DNA of 62,766 nucleotides, the filler included, from Squatina squatina (Eukaryota): NCBI GenBank assembly GCA_031763465.1. It is 4 parts of 3 records of this genome, joined end to end, with 100 filler letters (N's around TTAATTAATTAA, not from the genome) between each part and the next. Parts side by side here need not be neighbours in the genome. Positions count along the whole stretch, not along the records: positions 1 to 17,319 come from JARFOE010000192.1; 3 more parts are not named here. One strand, 5' to 3'. Below are positions 1 to 11,852 of this stretch, one piece after another. A model generated the notes under the pieces. It saw nothing but the letters and a program-made list of their open reading frames with translations. It searched no databases and was not told the origin of the DNA. The translations under genes were made by a program, and so were the position numbers. Numbering within the stretch: position 1 is the first letter of the stretch; each line of letters begins with the position of its first letter.

Positions 1-350
1 GTGCCAGAAACTATTGGATGAAATGTGTCTGAATGATGCAGTCTGGGCATTTTATTGTAGGATTCACACCTCCTATATTTAATGTTACAGGCTTACTATA
101 CAACACTTCTACATCATGGAGTACTCTGAAGAAACGTAACAGTCACATTTTGGATTGATGCATCAGCACGACTGCAGTCCTTGAAGGGTAATAACTGACA
201 GAGCAAAAGTAATCATTATTGTTGCAAGGCAGTAACTCACCGCTGGATCCAGAAAATGCATAAATGATGACAGCAAAAGTTATCTGATCCAGAGAACTAT
301 TCAGTCTTCTAAATTTACTCTGCTATTCTTCTTGGTATGTATGCGTGGAC

Positions 351-504
351 CTTGAGGGAACAGTTTATTGAACTTGTTTTCAACAAAGGATGACATCTCG
401 TAGAAGACCTGGTTCTGCATGGCATCTTCAAACCCGTGGAAGTGGACACTCTTGCAGTAGATGACAAGGTCCGAGAGCTCTTTGGACAGCTTTATCTTTC
501 CACT
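351..504 (-). CDS. PLCD1: Phospholipase C delta (PLCD1-like) internal exon, start of catalytic Y domain
   Basis: Translates SGKIKLSKELSDLVIYCKSVHFHGFEDAMQNQVFYEMSSFVENKFNKLFPQG, matching the PLC-delta Y-box start (LxxELSDxVIYCKSVHF...FYEMxSF). Acceptor tctctttactccag precedes 504. The donor at 350 is a weak GTCCAC, so the 3' boundary is less certain. The paralog call is supported by adjacency to DLEC1/ACAA1. Confidence 0.88.
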
Positions 505-633
505 CTGGAGTAAAGAGACATTTCGCCATGAGANNNNNNNNNNNNNNNNNNNNNNNNNNNNNNNNNNNNNNNNNNNNNNNNNNNNNNNNNNNNNNNNNNN
601 NNNNNNNNNNNNNNNNNNNNNNNNNNNNNNNNN

Positions 634-975
634 CATGCCAGCGATGTCAAGAGAGGGCTGACCGCGACCAGTCCACCAGTCAGCGTGCCAGGCGAGGGGA
701 TGGTGGCCTGATTCGGCCGTGGGCCGCCATCATTCAGCCAACAACAAAGTCAGAGCGTTGTTGCAGCAGAAGGTTTTGCTGTCGTTGCAACCGCCCGTGC
801 TGCAGCCACATCCTGCGGGTGAATTCCACCCGCGGGACGCAAATGGGCCGCTAAGGGGGTTACGCCCCAGCTGAATTCCCCAGGAGGTGAGATGGCCTCC
901 TTCCGGAGCCATTTTCTTCTGTTGCGTCCCTTGGAGGCGCTAATGGGGTGCAACAGAAGGTTAATGTCTAGCCCC
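634..975. mobile_element. GC/CpG-rich non-autonomous DNA element, PIF/Harbinger-like terminus
   Basis: CpG-rich stretch ending ...ttaatgtctagcccc followed by TTA (976-978), the typical Harbinger target trinucleotide. The other end is lost in the gap. Confidence 0.4.
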
Positions 976-1259
976 TTATATCCAGGAATATTTAGTGCCC
1001 AATTATGCCCTTTTTTGAGCCAGATCTCCGTTATTTCATGAAATCATATTCCTATGTGGCTATTTACGCCTGCAGCTCACCAACCTTATTTGCTGCGCTT
1101 CATGCATTTACACACCCACTATGCACTGAAAACCTATCTTAGACCTTGTTATATTCCCCCTTAATCTGATCTGACCTAATACCTTACTATTTCTTACTCT
1201 AGTACTATCTGCTTTTCCCAATCCTTTGTGCACCTTGTTTCTCCTTTCTAATACTACAT

Positions 1260-2030
1260 CCTGGTGCCCATCCCCCATGCCAAACTAGTTTAAACACCCC
1301 CTAACAACACTAATAAAACCACCCCCCACGAGGACATTGGTTTCAGCTCTTTTGAGGTGCAACCAGTCCGGCCTGTACAGGTCCCACCTCCCCCAGAACC
1401 GGTTCCAATGTCCCAGGAATCTAAAGCCCTCCAGCTCTCCAGCCATGCATTCATCTGCTCAATCCTCCTATTTCTATACTCACTGGCTCATGGACCCGGG
1501 AGTAATCCAGAGATTACTACCTTTGAGGTCCTGCTTTTTAATCTCTTTCTTAGCTCCCTAAAATCTGCCTGCAGGACCTCATCCCTCTTTCCAGCTATGT
1601 CATTGATACCGATATGGACCACGACCTCTGGCTGTTCACACTTCCCCCTCAGAGTGTTCTTCAGCTGCTCAGTGAGATCCTTGACCCTGACACCAGGGAG
1701 GAAACATACCATCCTAGAATCATGTCTGCACCGCAGAAACGCCTATCTGTTCCCCTAACTATCGAATCTCCTATCACTATTGCCTTCCCGATCTTCCTCC
1801 TCCCCCCCCGGTACAGCTAAGCCACTCGTGGTGCCATGAACTTGGCTCTGGCTGTACTCCCAAGAGGAACCATCGCCCTCACCAATATTCAGTACTGAAT
1901 ACTGGGTTGGAGAGCAAGATGCACTCAGGGACTCCTGCACTACCTGCCAGGTCCTCCTTGTCTGTCTGATGGTTACCCATTCCCTCTCTGCCTGCACATG
2001 CAACTGAAGTCCCTCATCCCTGGTACCATT
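1260..2030 (-). mobile_element. CR1 LINE ORF1 (SGNH/GDSL esterase domain), frameshifted relic
   Basis: Minus strand gives AIVIGDSIVRGTDRRFC and CFLPGVRVKDLTEQL...PEVVVHIGINDI...KVVISGLLP, the esterase blocks of vertebrate CR1 ORF1, split over frames. Confidence 0.88.
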
Positions 2031-2155
2031 CACATCCTCTCTAATGCTTTGACATTTTTCTTAAATTGTGATGCCCAGAATTGAACATAATACTCCAGCT
2101 GGGACCTAACCAGTGTTTTATAAAAGTTTAGCATAACTGCCTTGCTTTTGTACTG
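2030..2155 (-). mobile_element. CR1 LINE ORF2 fragment (post-RT region)
   Basis: Reads YKTLVRSQLEYYVQFWASQFKKNVKALERM, the conserved CR1 YKxLVRPxLEYxVQFW motif. Confidence 0.8.
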
Positions 2156-2358
2156 TATTACCTGTCACCCGAGGGAAGGGGTCACAGAGAAACTTACTCT
2201 ATCCAACTCCCCCATCCCTCCAATCACAGAAACACTCTACTCTAGATAACTTGCCCTCTCCAATAACAAAGACACTCTATAACGCCCAGTGCCTGCTCGA
2301 AGTGACACGGCAATCCCCCTCCAACTTCAAGCTATTTTTCTACGCAAGGCTTCAGTAC

Positions 2359-2507
2359 CTGATGTAGGCCTCAATGCTGCTGGGTCCTTCAAGCTGGTCC
2401 TTTGTCAAGTAGGTGTTATGAGAGGAAGAAATGTAATATTGATTGAGGGGCTTTGTCATGTCTTGATAAACCTCCTTGTGTTCCTTGTTGAAAATGTCGC
2501 CGTCTGG
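2359..2507 (-). CDS. PLCD1: Phospholipase C delta exon (5'-truncated by gap), EF-hand/X-domain junction
   Basis: [50 protein letters not shown] contains the PLC X-box SSSHNTYL catalytic His motif. Donor AG|gtactg. It lies upstream of the Y exon on the same strand, as expected. Confidence 0.92.
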
Positions 2508-2607
2508 NNNNNNNNNNNNNNNNNNNNNNNNNNNNNNNNNNNNNNNNNNNNNNNNNNNNNNNNNNNNNNNNNNNNNNNNNNNNNNNNNNNNNNNNNNNNN
2601 NNNNNNN

Positions 2608-2685
2608 CCCTTATCTATTCTATTAGTTACATCCTCAAAAAACTCCAGTAGGTTTGCCAAACATGCTTTCCCTTTCATAATCCAT
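2608..2685 (-). mobile_element. CR1 LINE reverse transcriptase fragment
   Basis: MKGKACLANLLEFFEDVTNRIDK matches the CR1 RT GF-KGKSCLTNLLEFFE motif. Confidence 0.85.
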
Positions 2686-4565
2686 GTCTAACTTTTTAAA
2701 GACTGCCCTCTAATTTCCATGCATCCCAGCACATTACTCCCATTTTACATGGGTTTTACGCCAATCCTGACTCCAAAGATATACAAATTAGCTGGCTGAG
2801 GAAATTCTATTGTAAATATCTATCTACCAACAGCGGGTGCAACTCATTTTCCATTGGTATAAAAATAGTGCAACTCACCGTGTATAATTTCAATGTCTTA
2901 TTTTCTTCTGATTCTCCACAACTTTAAAGGCAAAAGCAAATTTTAAGTTGATCTCCTGAGACATGATTTTAGGCTATTTGAATGGCAAAGAGGTAAAGAC
3001 ACAACGCTTGTATCAGAACACAAGAGAAAAAATCTGAAGTAGACAAGCGTACTCAGAAGTGGCTCACATGGACCAAATACGTCCAAACCAGTAAACTTCT
3101 CTGCATTCACAAGAATAAATAACAGCAGATAAAGTCATAACCTTTGTGCATTTTAAACTTCAATTCTGTTGAGGAGGGGGCTTCCTATTCTAAGACTAAC
3201 ACTATTTCCTGATGCTTCAAAATCTATCCTGGTTGATTGGTGAGTTCTTGCTAAGTACTTAGGGAGCTCGATCAGCGGCGATACCTGGGCGCGAGAGCAG
3301 CATAAAGTAAACATTTTCTGATTTGCCCATTTGGACCTGGCGCCACGGTGGCGATAAGGCCTCGTCGCCGGGGATGCCTGTAGCACCAGTTTTTTTCCAG
3401 CTATTCGTAACATTGGACTGTTTAATGTAAAAACCCTGTAGAAAAAATGGGCTGACACAGTGGCATTCATGTGCAAAATGGACATCTCACACTAGCAGGC
3501 CAGGTGACAGAGGCCTGAGCTCCGATTGACATCATCAAATCTTAATATAATTACCAGGAGCATTGTCCCGAGGAATAACACAAAGACTCTTTTTGCATAA
3601 TCAAAGCATAGTCACAACTCCACCTCGATCAATGCTGACTGGGCAAGGTGAGAGACAGAAAGATTGTCTCTCGAGTGCAAGCTCACCAGGCCTGANNNNN
3701 NNNNNNNNNNNNNNNNNNNNNNNNNNNNNNNNNNNNNNNNNNNNNNNNNNNNNNNNNNNNNNNNNNNNNNNNNNNNNNNNNNNNNNNNNNNNNNNCTATC
3801 GCTGCTCACTGCAATTTGCTGAAGAAATAATCAATTTTTATTATGTAACTATCCTGCACACATTTTGCTGGAGAAATAATCCTGCTTTTATCAGGAGAAG
3901 TTGCTGTTGTTTCGGTCATGATTTCTGTTTCCTCTAGTATGTAGAGACTCTTTAAATTGTCCAATATGTAGATTGTTTGCTGCAGTGCGCTGTTTAAGTA
4001 CATTTTGTTTGATTTACTGTTTTCTGAATAAATAGGCTTGGTTTGCTGTAAAATAGACTGCTGTGAGTGCTGCACAAGTCCCGCCCCACCTCCAACTCAT
4101 TGGCTGACACAGTGGTATCAATAGACCAGGTGATGTTATCATGGCAGACATCACAGGAGAGCTTGATTCCACCTTCAGCCAAAACCTACATATGTCCACT
4201 TCGAGCAGGAGGGCACTGGATAGTGAACAGGAGCCAGGATCCTGGTGGATTTCCCCTTCACTAACTCGGGATGCCGAGGCCAATTGTAACACCTCTACTG
4301 CCACCTTAGCTGAGTTCAATTAAGTCACTACAGATTGCTGAACAAATGTGGGATCTGACAATATATTTTAATAAATGTATTTTTACCAATTAGGACATAT
4401 CTTACTTATTGGCAAGTATCTTCAAGGACCTTTACACTGGAGAAGTCATTGGAAAGGACATAACANNNNNNNNNNNNNNNNNNNNNNNNNNNNNNNNNNN
4501 NNNNNNNNNNNNNNNNNNNNNNNNNNNNNNNNNNNNNNNNNNNNNNNNNNNNNNNNNNNNNNNNN

Positions 4566-4640
4566 ATTGAATGGCGGTGCAGGCTCGAAGGGCCTAATGG
4601 CCTACTCCTGCACCTATTTTCTATGTTTCTATGTTTCTAA
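4566..4640 (+). mobile_element. CR1 LINE 3' end
   Basis: gaatggcggtgcaggctcgaagggcctaatggcctactcctg followed by a (ttctatgt)n tail. Confidence 0.8.
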
Positions 4641-4769
4641 ACTGAGCTGGAAACATGAGAAATGATCATGAAAGCTGATGGGTTGCCATGAAAGGAAAGG
4701 AAAGCTGCCACCCCATCTGGTCTGGCCGACGCGTGACTCCAGTGCCCTCTGAAGATCCACCACCACCAT

Positions 4770-5332
4770 CAGGAAAGGTTTTGATGGAGTAAATAGGGAG
4801 AAACAGTTTCCCCTGGTAGGAGGGTCAGTAACCAGAGGAAACAGATTTAAAATAATTGGCAAAAAAGCCGTGGCGGGGGGAGATGAGGAGAATCTTTTTA
4901 CACAGTGAGTTGTTATGATCTGGCATTCACTGCCTGAACGGGCGGTGGGAGCAGATTCAATAGTCACTTTCAAAAGGGAATTGGATAAATACTTAAAAGG
5001 AAAAATTTTGCCGGGCTATGGGGAAAGAGCAGGGGGAGTAGGTCTAATTGGTAGCTCTTTCAGAACGCCAGCGCAGATGCGATGGGCCGAATGGCCTCCT
5101 TCAGTGCTGTATGATTCTATCCTAAGGCAATTAGGGATGGGCAATAAATGCAGCCGATGCCAGCATTGTTGACATCCTGAAAACAAATCTTAAAAAGAAT
5201 AATGAGTACATTTGCATGACTATGAGACAGAGCAGTGGGAATGGAACTAATTGGAGAGCTCTTTCAAAGAGCCAGTGCAGGCATGATGGGCCGAACGGCC
5301 TCCTTCTGTGCTGTATGATTCTCTGACTCTAT
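4770..5332 (+). mobile_element. Stack of LINE 3' ends (CR1 3' end, short tail of a second LINE family, second CR1 3' end)
   Basis: ORF2 C-terminus (FFTQxVVMIWHSLPERAV...FKRELDKYL), two gggccgaatggcctcctt...tgtatgattct tails (~5120, ~5325) and a gggcaataaatg tail at 5125-5200. Confidence 0.8.
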
Positions 5333-5419
5333 AAATTAACTTTTCCCTTGTGACTATAAATGCAGTCGAAGCACCATTTTCATTGCCTTGCGCGTTTCTA
5401 ACTCTGTTTCACCAAACAG

Positions 5420-5593
5420 GCAAATTTCCTGGAGAGGGTGGAATTGTCGCACCAGGGATGAGCTGCCAGTACACAGTCCGATTTGCTCCCGATTCTCCAG
5501 CTGAATACGAAGATTTCCTAATAGTAGAGACGCAGACGCCATATCCACTTGTGGTCCCTATCGAAGCCAGAAGACCTCCTCCTATACTAACCT
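5420..5593 (+). CDS. DLEC1: DLEC1 (cilia/flagella-associated, CFAP81) internal exon
   Basis: [58 protein letters not shown] matches DLEC1 (FPGxGGxVAPGM...ARRPPPxLT). Boundaries acag|...|gtgcg, 174 bp, phase 1-1. Confidence 0.9.
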
Positions 5594-6524
5594 GTGCGNN
5601 NNNNNNNNNNNNNNNNNNNNNNNNNNNNNNNNNNNNNNNNNNNNNNNNNNNNNNNNNNNNNNNNNNNNNNNNNNNNNNNNNNNNNNNNNNNNNNNNNNTT
5701 CTAATCCCGGCAATGCTCAGATAAGACTATGGCCAACATATGTGAAATACCACCTTGTGCAATGGCTGTCAGCTGGAATAATAACTTCTGTTTCTAAACA
5801 TTTCATTTCCTAGTAAATACCCACTTAATCAGTTTGTCAGTTGTTAACAAGTCCTTAATCATCTTTACTAGGTTTTATAAAATAAAATCTTGCTCGCTGT
5901 TCAGAGCATTTTTGGACATCAGATGAAAACTTGACCAAGTAAAAATTAATATTCTTTTCATTACTGTCATACTGAAGGATTTCCTATACTATTGCAAACA
6001 ACCTATTTACTCCAAAGATGTTAAATCTTTGGAATAATCTGCCAGGCAAGGTAGAAGATTAAAGTAATGACAATTAAAACATAGTTGGATTATAGACCGA
6101 GTAAGTTGGAATATTAGTAGGAAGAGCCTTACTGGATGGAATGGCCTTTTCCCATTCTTGGATTTTTCCCCATGTTGTAGCTTTTGAATATGGTTGTGAC
6201 CCTATGGATTTAGAACGATGCCTGGATATCGGTGAGAAGTGGTGACTATGTTAAGCTGAGTCGTTAGATGCCCCTAATTAACAAAGGCCTTACGGGTCCC
6301 CAGTGTGCGACTTCTACTGTGTAGAACCACATTACTGGTTAACATTTCTTGCTGTAACATGGCTGGGATGCTGAGCACAGCAGAGGTGGAGTGACACTGG
6401 GAACTGAAACTCATTGCGACAGAGAGAGAGGATAGTGACAACAGCTGGTCCTGTAACTTATCAGGGACTAACTATTTTACAGCCATACACAGAGGTGCTT
6501 GGTTTACATAGACAGAGACACTCA

Positions 6525-6841
<317 letters not shown>

Positions 6842-6941
6842 NNNNNNNNNNNNNNNNNNNNNNNNNNNNNNNNNNNNNNNNNNNNNNNNNNNNNNNNNNN
6901 NNNNNNNNNNNNNNNNNNNNNNNNNNNNNNNNNNNNNNNNN

Positions 6942-7198
6942 GTGTTAGATTTGCTACCTTCCAATCCACTGGGACCGTTTTAGAATCTAGGGAATTTTGG
7001 AAGATCAAAACCAATGCATCCACGAGCTCTGCAGCCACCTCTTAGAACCCTAGGGAGTAGGCCGTCAGGCCCAGGGGTTTTGTTGGCTTTTAGTCCCATT
7101 AGTTTCTCAAGTACTTTTTCTCTACTTATATTAATTACATTAAATTCCTTGCCCTCATTCCTTGGTTCCCTGCCATTTTAGGAATGCTTTCTTGCACC
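6942..7198 (-). mobile_element. CR1 LINE ORF2 fragment
   Basis: AAELVDALVLIFQNSLDSKTVPVDWKVANLT is the CR1 pre-RT motif. Confidence 0.85.
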
Positions 7199-7261
7199 NN
7201 NNNNNNNNCGGTCCACGGGGCCCATATCGCAAGACTGTGTATAAGTGGACCACATTTAACA

Positions 7262-7339
7262 AGGCCAGGCGCTAGGACTGCGGCGAAACCACGACTGCCG
7301 AGGCCTGGTGCTAGGACCGCAGTGATGCCAGTACTGCCG
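7262..7339 (+). repeat. Two 39-bp imperfect tandem units
   Basis: aggccaggcgctaggactgcggcgaaaccacgactgccg / aggcctggtgctaggaccgcagtgatgccagtactgccg. Confidence 0.7.
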
Positions 7340-7604
7340 AGAGGGAAAATACAGCCTAGGCCCGATTAAAGCCTGGGCCTTAATCCTGCGCCTGTATCAG
7401 TCGTTGATTCAGCTACTGTTCGGGGGCCTATATCAAGCGTGTTAGTTCAACCATGAAGAGACCGTCAACAAGAGTGGTTGTGAACTTTTTACGCGGTTCA
7501 AACTGCAGTGTTTTTAGTTCTTGGAATGGTGAACACAACTCGTCAACACCTCTTTGGGGTCCAAGAGGGACCCGCGTTATACTAAGTTCCGCACTATTGC
7601 AGGG

Positions 7605-7731
7605 CCCCAGAATTTGTTTAACGTTTCTGCCATTTCCTTATTCCCCATAATAATTTCTCGTGTTTCAGCCTCTAAGGGACCAACGTTTATTTTTGCTTCT
7701 ACTCTTTTTACATACTTGTAGAAGCTCTTAC
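7605..7731 (-). mobile_element. CR1 LINE ORF2 fragment (EN-RT tether)
   Basis: KSFYKYVKRVEAKINVGPLEAETREIIMGNKEMAETLNKF. Confidence 0.85.
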
Positions 7732-8869
7732 NNNNNNNNNNNNNNNNNNNNNNNNNNNNNNNNNNNNNNNNNNNNNNNNNNNNNNNNNNNNNNNNNNNNN
7801 NNNNNNNNNNNNNNNNNNNNNNNNNNNNNNNAGCTCTTTGAAAGAGCTGTCCAATTAGTCCCATTCCTCTGCTCTTTTCCCCATAGTTATGGGTCAAAGA
7901 TGACCATCTTTCATTAGTATAACGTTCCTCATCGTAGCAACTAGCAGGTAACCACGATTCTGTTCCATTCCTAGGTTCTCTAATGATTCAGCTGGTTTGG
8001 CCTGCATGCCTGTGCCTTCTTCGAAGGTTCTACAGAGTTCACTCAAGAAGAAGGATAGATCTCCAGGTGGCAGTGAATGCCCTTCAGGAGGTGAACCGGG
8101 ACACCTTCCTGTTAACATCCTTTCATCAGATTCTTCCAGGTCCAGCATGTTTCCCGTAGAGGCCAGAGGGATGAATGTGGAGCCACAGAGGCTACGGTCC
8201 AGTCGTGTTGTACGCGGCATGTTGTCTGGGCCAGTCCGCACAGTACAGGAGGTAGGTTGTCACTTGGTCACTTGGTTGAGGTCCCACCAAAATCTCAAGT
8301 AGATTCTAGAATGCAACTAAATTGATTTTTCTTCCCTCCCTGCATTATTCTCCCCATCTCTCTTGAGGGCGGTGACTTGCAGTAGACCACAATTCCACCA
8401 GGACTGGAAGTCTTCCAGTCATTTATCCAAATTAAGATATGTATTTCTATCCCACCTTTCATGGACTCAGGATGCCCCAAAGTCAATGATGTATTTTTGG
8501 AGTGTAGTCACTGTTGTAATGTAGGAAACGTGGCAGCTAATTTGCGCACAGCAAGCTCCCANNNNNNNNNNNNNNNNNNNNNNNNNNNNNNNNNNNNNNN
8601 NNNNNNNNNNNNNNNNNNNNNNNNNNNNNNNNNNNNNNNNNNNNNNNNNNNNNNNNNNNNNAGTTAGTGTAGGGTATTTTAGGAAGAGTTCGGAGAGCAA
8701 TAGTAGACTCGTGACTTGCAATGCCCAGGCAATGCGCAAAGCAATCAGAATCCTGGGATCTTTAGCTAGAATAGTGGAGTGCAAGTCTAATGCTGTATTA
8801 AGGCTTTACCGTACATTGGAGTGCTATAGAAATAATTGCTGGAAATATTAGTGGACAAACAATTAACAC

Positions 8870-9200
8870 AGTAAATGTCAGTTTGGCTGAATTGGCAGTA
8901 TTTTCACCTCGGTTACTTATGCAGGACTTGTGCACATCATGTGAGCTTCAGTACAGTGCTGAGAAATTGATGCAGTGTTGGAGGGACCGGGTTTTGGATG
9001 AGAGGTGCTGCCATATCCCGTCGTCTGCCCGTTCCTTCCTCCAGCAACGCCATTAAAAATACACAGATTAACTGGTCATTTGTTCGTTTGCTGTTTCCAG
9101 GATCTTGACCAGTGTCACTATTGACTGCCTAAGTACAAAATCCACTGCATGTGAAGTGCTTTAGACATTTCTGAGAGCCGTCATAAGGTAATTTGAAAAG
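8870..9200 (+). mobile_element. Degenerate Deu-core SINE
   Basis: Colinear but diverged match to the SINE copies at 24545 and 62367 (gtacagtgctgag...acagattaactggtcatt...gtgaagtgcttt). Confidence 0.55.
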
Positions 9201-9289
9201 GCAAGGTTGTTATTTCGCCTTTAAGAAGTAGTCGCCTCTGTTAAAATAGCAGAGCGAGGAATGTCATAGAAACTAGTTAATTGTTTGTC

Positions 9290-9538
9290 CATAGAATTAT
9301 AGCATGATATGGGACAGAAGTCCATTTGGCTATGCTGGCTCTTTTGAAAGCTATCCAATTAATCCCCCTAGCCCTGCAAATTTTCCCCCTTCAAGTATTT
9401 ATCCAATTCCTTTTTGACAGTTACAATTGAATCTGCTTCCACCACCCTTCCAGATTATCATAACTCACTACGTTTAAAAAAAAACCTCTCCATCCACCGT
9501 CTAGTTCTTTTGCCAATTGCTTAAATCTGTCCTCTCAT
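9290..9538 (-). mobile_element. CR1 LINE 3' end
   Basis: Reverse complement of the 4770-5120 type sequence (agctatccaatt...aagtatttatccaattcc...gaatctgcttccaccaccc). Confidence 0.7.
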
Positions 9539-9681
9539 TATACCAGAGGTAATAGAGATAACACGGAATTAGATGCCACAATGTACCAGACAGTTATGTA
9601 CCTGACGGATGAACTTAATAGGCCAGTTAGCAGCTTTTCTCGAAGGCAACTTAACTTTTTAAAAAAATATTTTGTTTGCAG

Positions 9682-9798
9682 CAGCTGAAAAATCTTCTCT
9701 TTGGGTCCAGCTTTTCCTGCTTTGCTGAGGAATGGAAGATACAGAGTTTCACCTTTAATGATCTACCTGACTTAAAATACGGCATCGTTCAGAAGAAG
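9682..9798 (+). CDS. MINDY4: MINDY4 (FAM188B) deubiquitinase exon just upstream of the catalytic Cys motif
   Basis: Hand translation [39 protein letters not shown] matches MINDY4 (LFGSSF.CF.EEWK.QSF.F....LKYGIVQ.K|GGPCG). Boundaries tttgtttgcag|...AAG|gtgaag, 117 bp, phase 0-0. Too short for the ORF track. Confidence 0.88.
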
Positions 9799-10209
9799 GT
9801 GAAGGTTTTTCTCTTGTTCCTTGTTGTTGCACAGCACCGAAAGGCAGATATGTAATTTTAAGAATAAAATCTCTCGTGTGCTTAAAATACATCAGCTGTG
9901 ATTCAGCTATCCGAAACTATACTGGTTTCCTAAATAAGAGATAATACTCGGGCACCAGCCCACTTCGTAATTTCCACTCTCAGTACGAGCCCGCCCTGGA
10001 AACCCACAGGCCCCACGATGGTTTGGCTCTCGGCCACCGCGTAATCACCACCGTCGACATGAGTTGACTTCTACGAGCCTACAAGTCTCGTGATGACCTG
10101 GCTGCAGCCCACCCCATAATTTCCACCCTCCGTACGAGTGCACACTGGAAAACCCACAAACCCCATGATGGTCTGGCACCAGACAACCTTGTAATCAGCA
10201 AGACCGCCT

Positions 10210-10420
10210 GTTTTCCACGTCCGTAACATCTCCCGTCTCCGCCCCTTCCTCAGCTTGTCTGCTGCTGAAACCCCCATCCATGCCATCGCTATCTCTAGAC
10301 TCGACTATTCCACTGCTATCCGGCCAGCCTCCTGTCTTGCACCCGCTGTATAACTGAGCTGAACCAAAACTGTGCTGCTCATATCCTAACTCAGCACCAA
10401 ATTCCCGTGCACTAAATCTG
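10210..10420 (+). mobile_element. L2-type LINE ORF2 C-terminal fragment
   Basis: RNISRLRPFLSLSAAETPIHAIAISRLDYS matches the L2 motif LRNIxRxRPxL...L.HA...SRLDY. Confidence 0.75.
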
Positions 10421-11852
10421 CCTGATTTATATCTGTAAATTGAATGANNNNNNNNNNNNNNNNNNNNNNNNNNNNNNNNNNNNNNNNNNNNNNNNNNNNN
10501 NNNNNNNNNNNNNNNNNNNNNNNNNNNNNNNNNNNNNNNNNNNNNNNTTCTATTATTTTCTTGGTCATTGGGAGAGGGGAAATGCGGAGGACTCATTGTC
10601 TGCAGTAGAGAAACAAAAGCAGTGGAACAACGGAAAAATGGCTTTTTCAACAGCAAACAAATTGCCAAGCACAGAGGATCGGGTATTAAATTAATGACAG
10701 AAAATGCTTACATATTTGATAAATAACTAACTAGATACAAAAAAACTGTTCCTATTTAATTGGAGCTCATCAGTCTTTACTGCATATATCTTGTATTGGC
10801 TAATATAAAAGGAAATGTCCAAGTAGATTGAGTTTCTGAAAGGCTATGCAAGTTACAGATCTGCTGTATAAAATAAATCGTCATGATATTGCCTGTGGCC
10901 TCACTTAAAGTACATAATCTGGTGATAACTAGGCCCAGAATGGTTACAGTGCTATAAACAAATTCCAGCGTCATAATAAGACAGATGTTGCAACACATTT
11001 TGGTTAAACTGTGTATTAACTTGAGTCTATAATTTCATGTACAGTACATATTATGAAAACTAAAAATAAATGGAAGTTAGCAGGACATGTTAACGTGGAT
11101 ATGCCATGAACGGATTTTGAATTTATTGGATGCACACGGGAGGTTTCACTGGAGGCTTTAAATCGATTCACGATATGTCAAATTGATGTCGACCGAGCCC
11201 ATTGCCCTTTTCCAAAAATCCATTCACATGCAACCAATTTTTCTTTTGTTTATTATTAAAATGAAGTCAGCCTTTAAAGTGGCACTGCCTTCATTATGAA
11301 GTAATTGGCTAAACTATTTTTATTTGGATGGGTATCCTAGACAAGTCAACAATTTTCCAGTTATTGAGCATTGTGTTACAGGAGCAGTCACAGCCATTGA
11401 ATAAAGAGACAATAGAGGTGTCTCAGCGCCTGGCTTCGTTGCATCCACGGCTGCATGCTCACAAACAGCAGCGGTGCAGAAACACTTTTTTAAACTGCTA
11501 ACATTTTGGATTGTTTCCAGAGTAAAATCTGACTTTGATGTCCCCAGCAGTACGTTGATTGGAGCCCATGGATACTGTACACAGGTCGGTACCACTTCTT
11601 TCTGGGATGAATGAGACCATAAACATGGTCATGTTGCATGCTTTGAGTGGATATATCATTTTTTATTTTGAAAAATACATTTTGATTCTGATATGTTGCT
11701 CTAGTGGAGTGGGGGAGCCTAGAGTCAATTCCTTAAATGGTGCTGTGCTTCGNNNNNNNNNNNNNNNNNNNNNNNNNNNNNNNNNNNNNNNNNNNNNNNN
11801 NNNNNNNNNNNNNNNNNNNNNNNNNNNNNNNNNNNNNNNNNNNNNNNNNNNN

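Noticed and set aside
2352-2678. Apparent RT-PLC fusion ORF, and all other X-containing ORFs
   Set aside because: They join unrelated contigs through N spacers.
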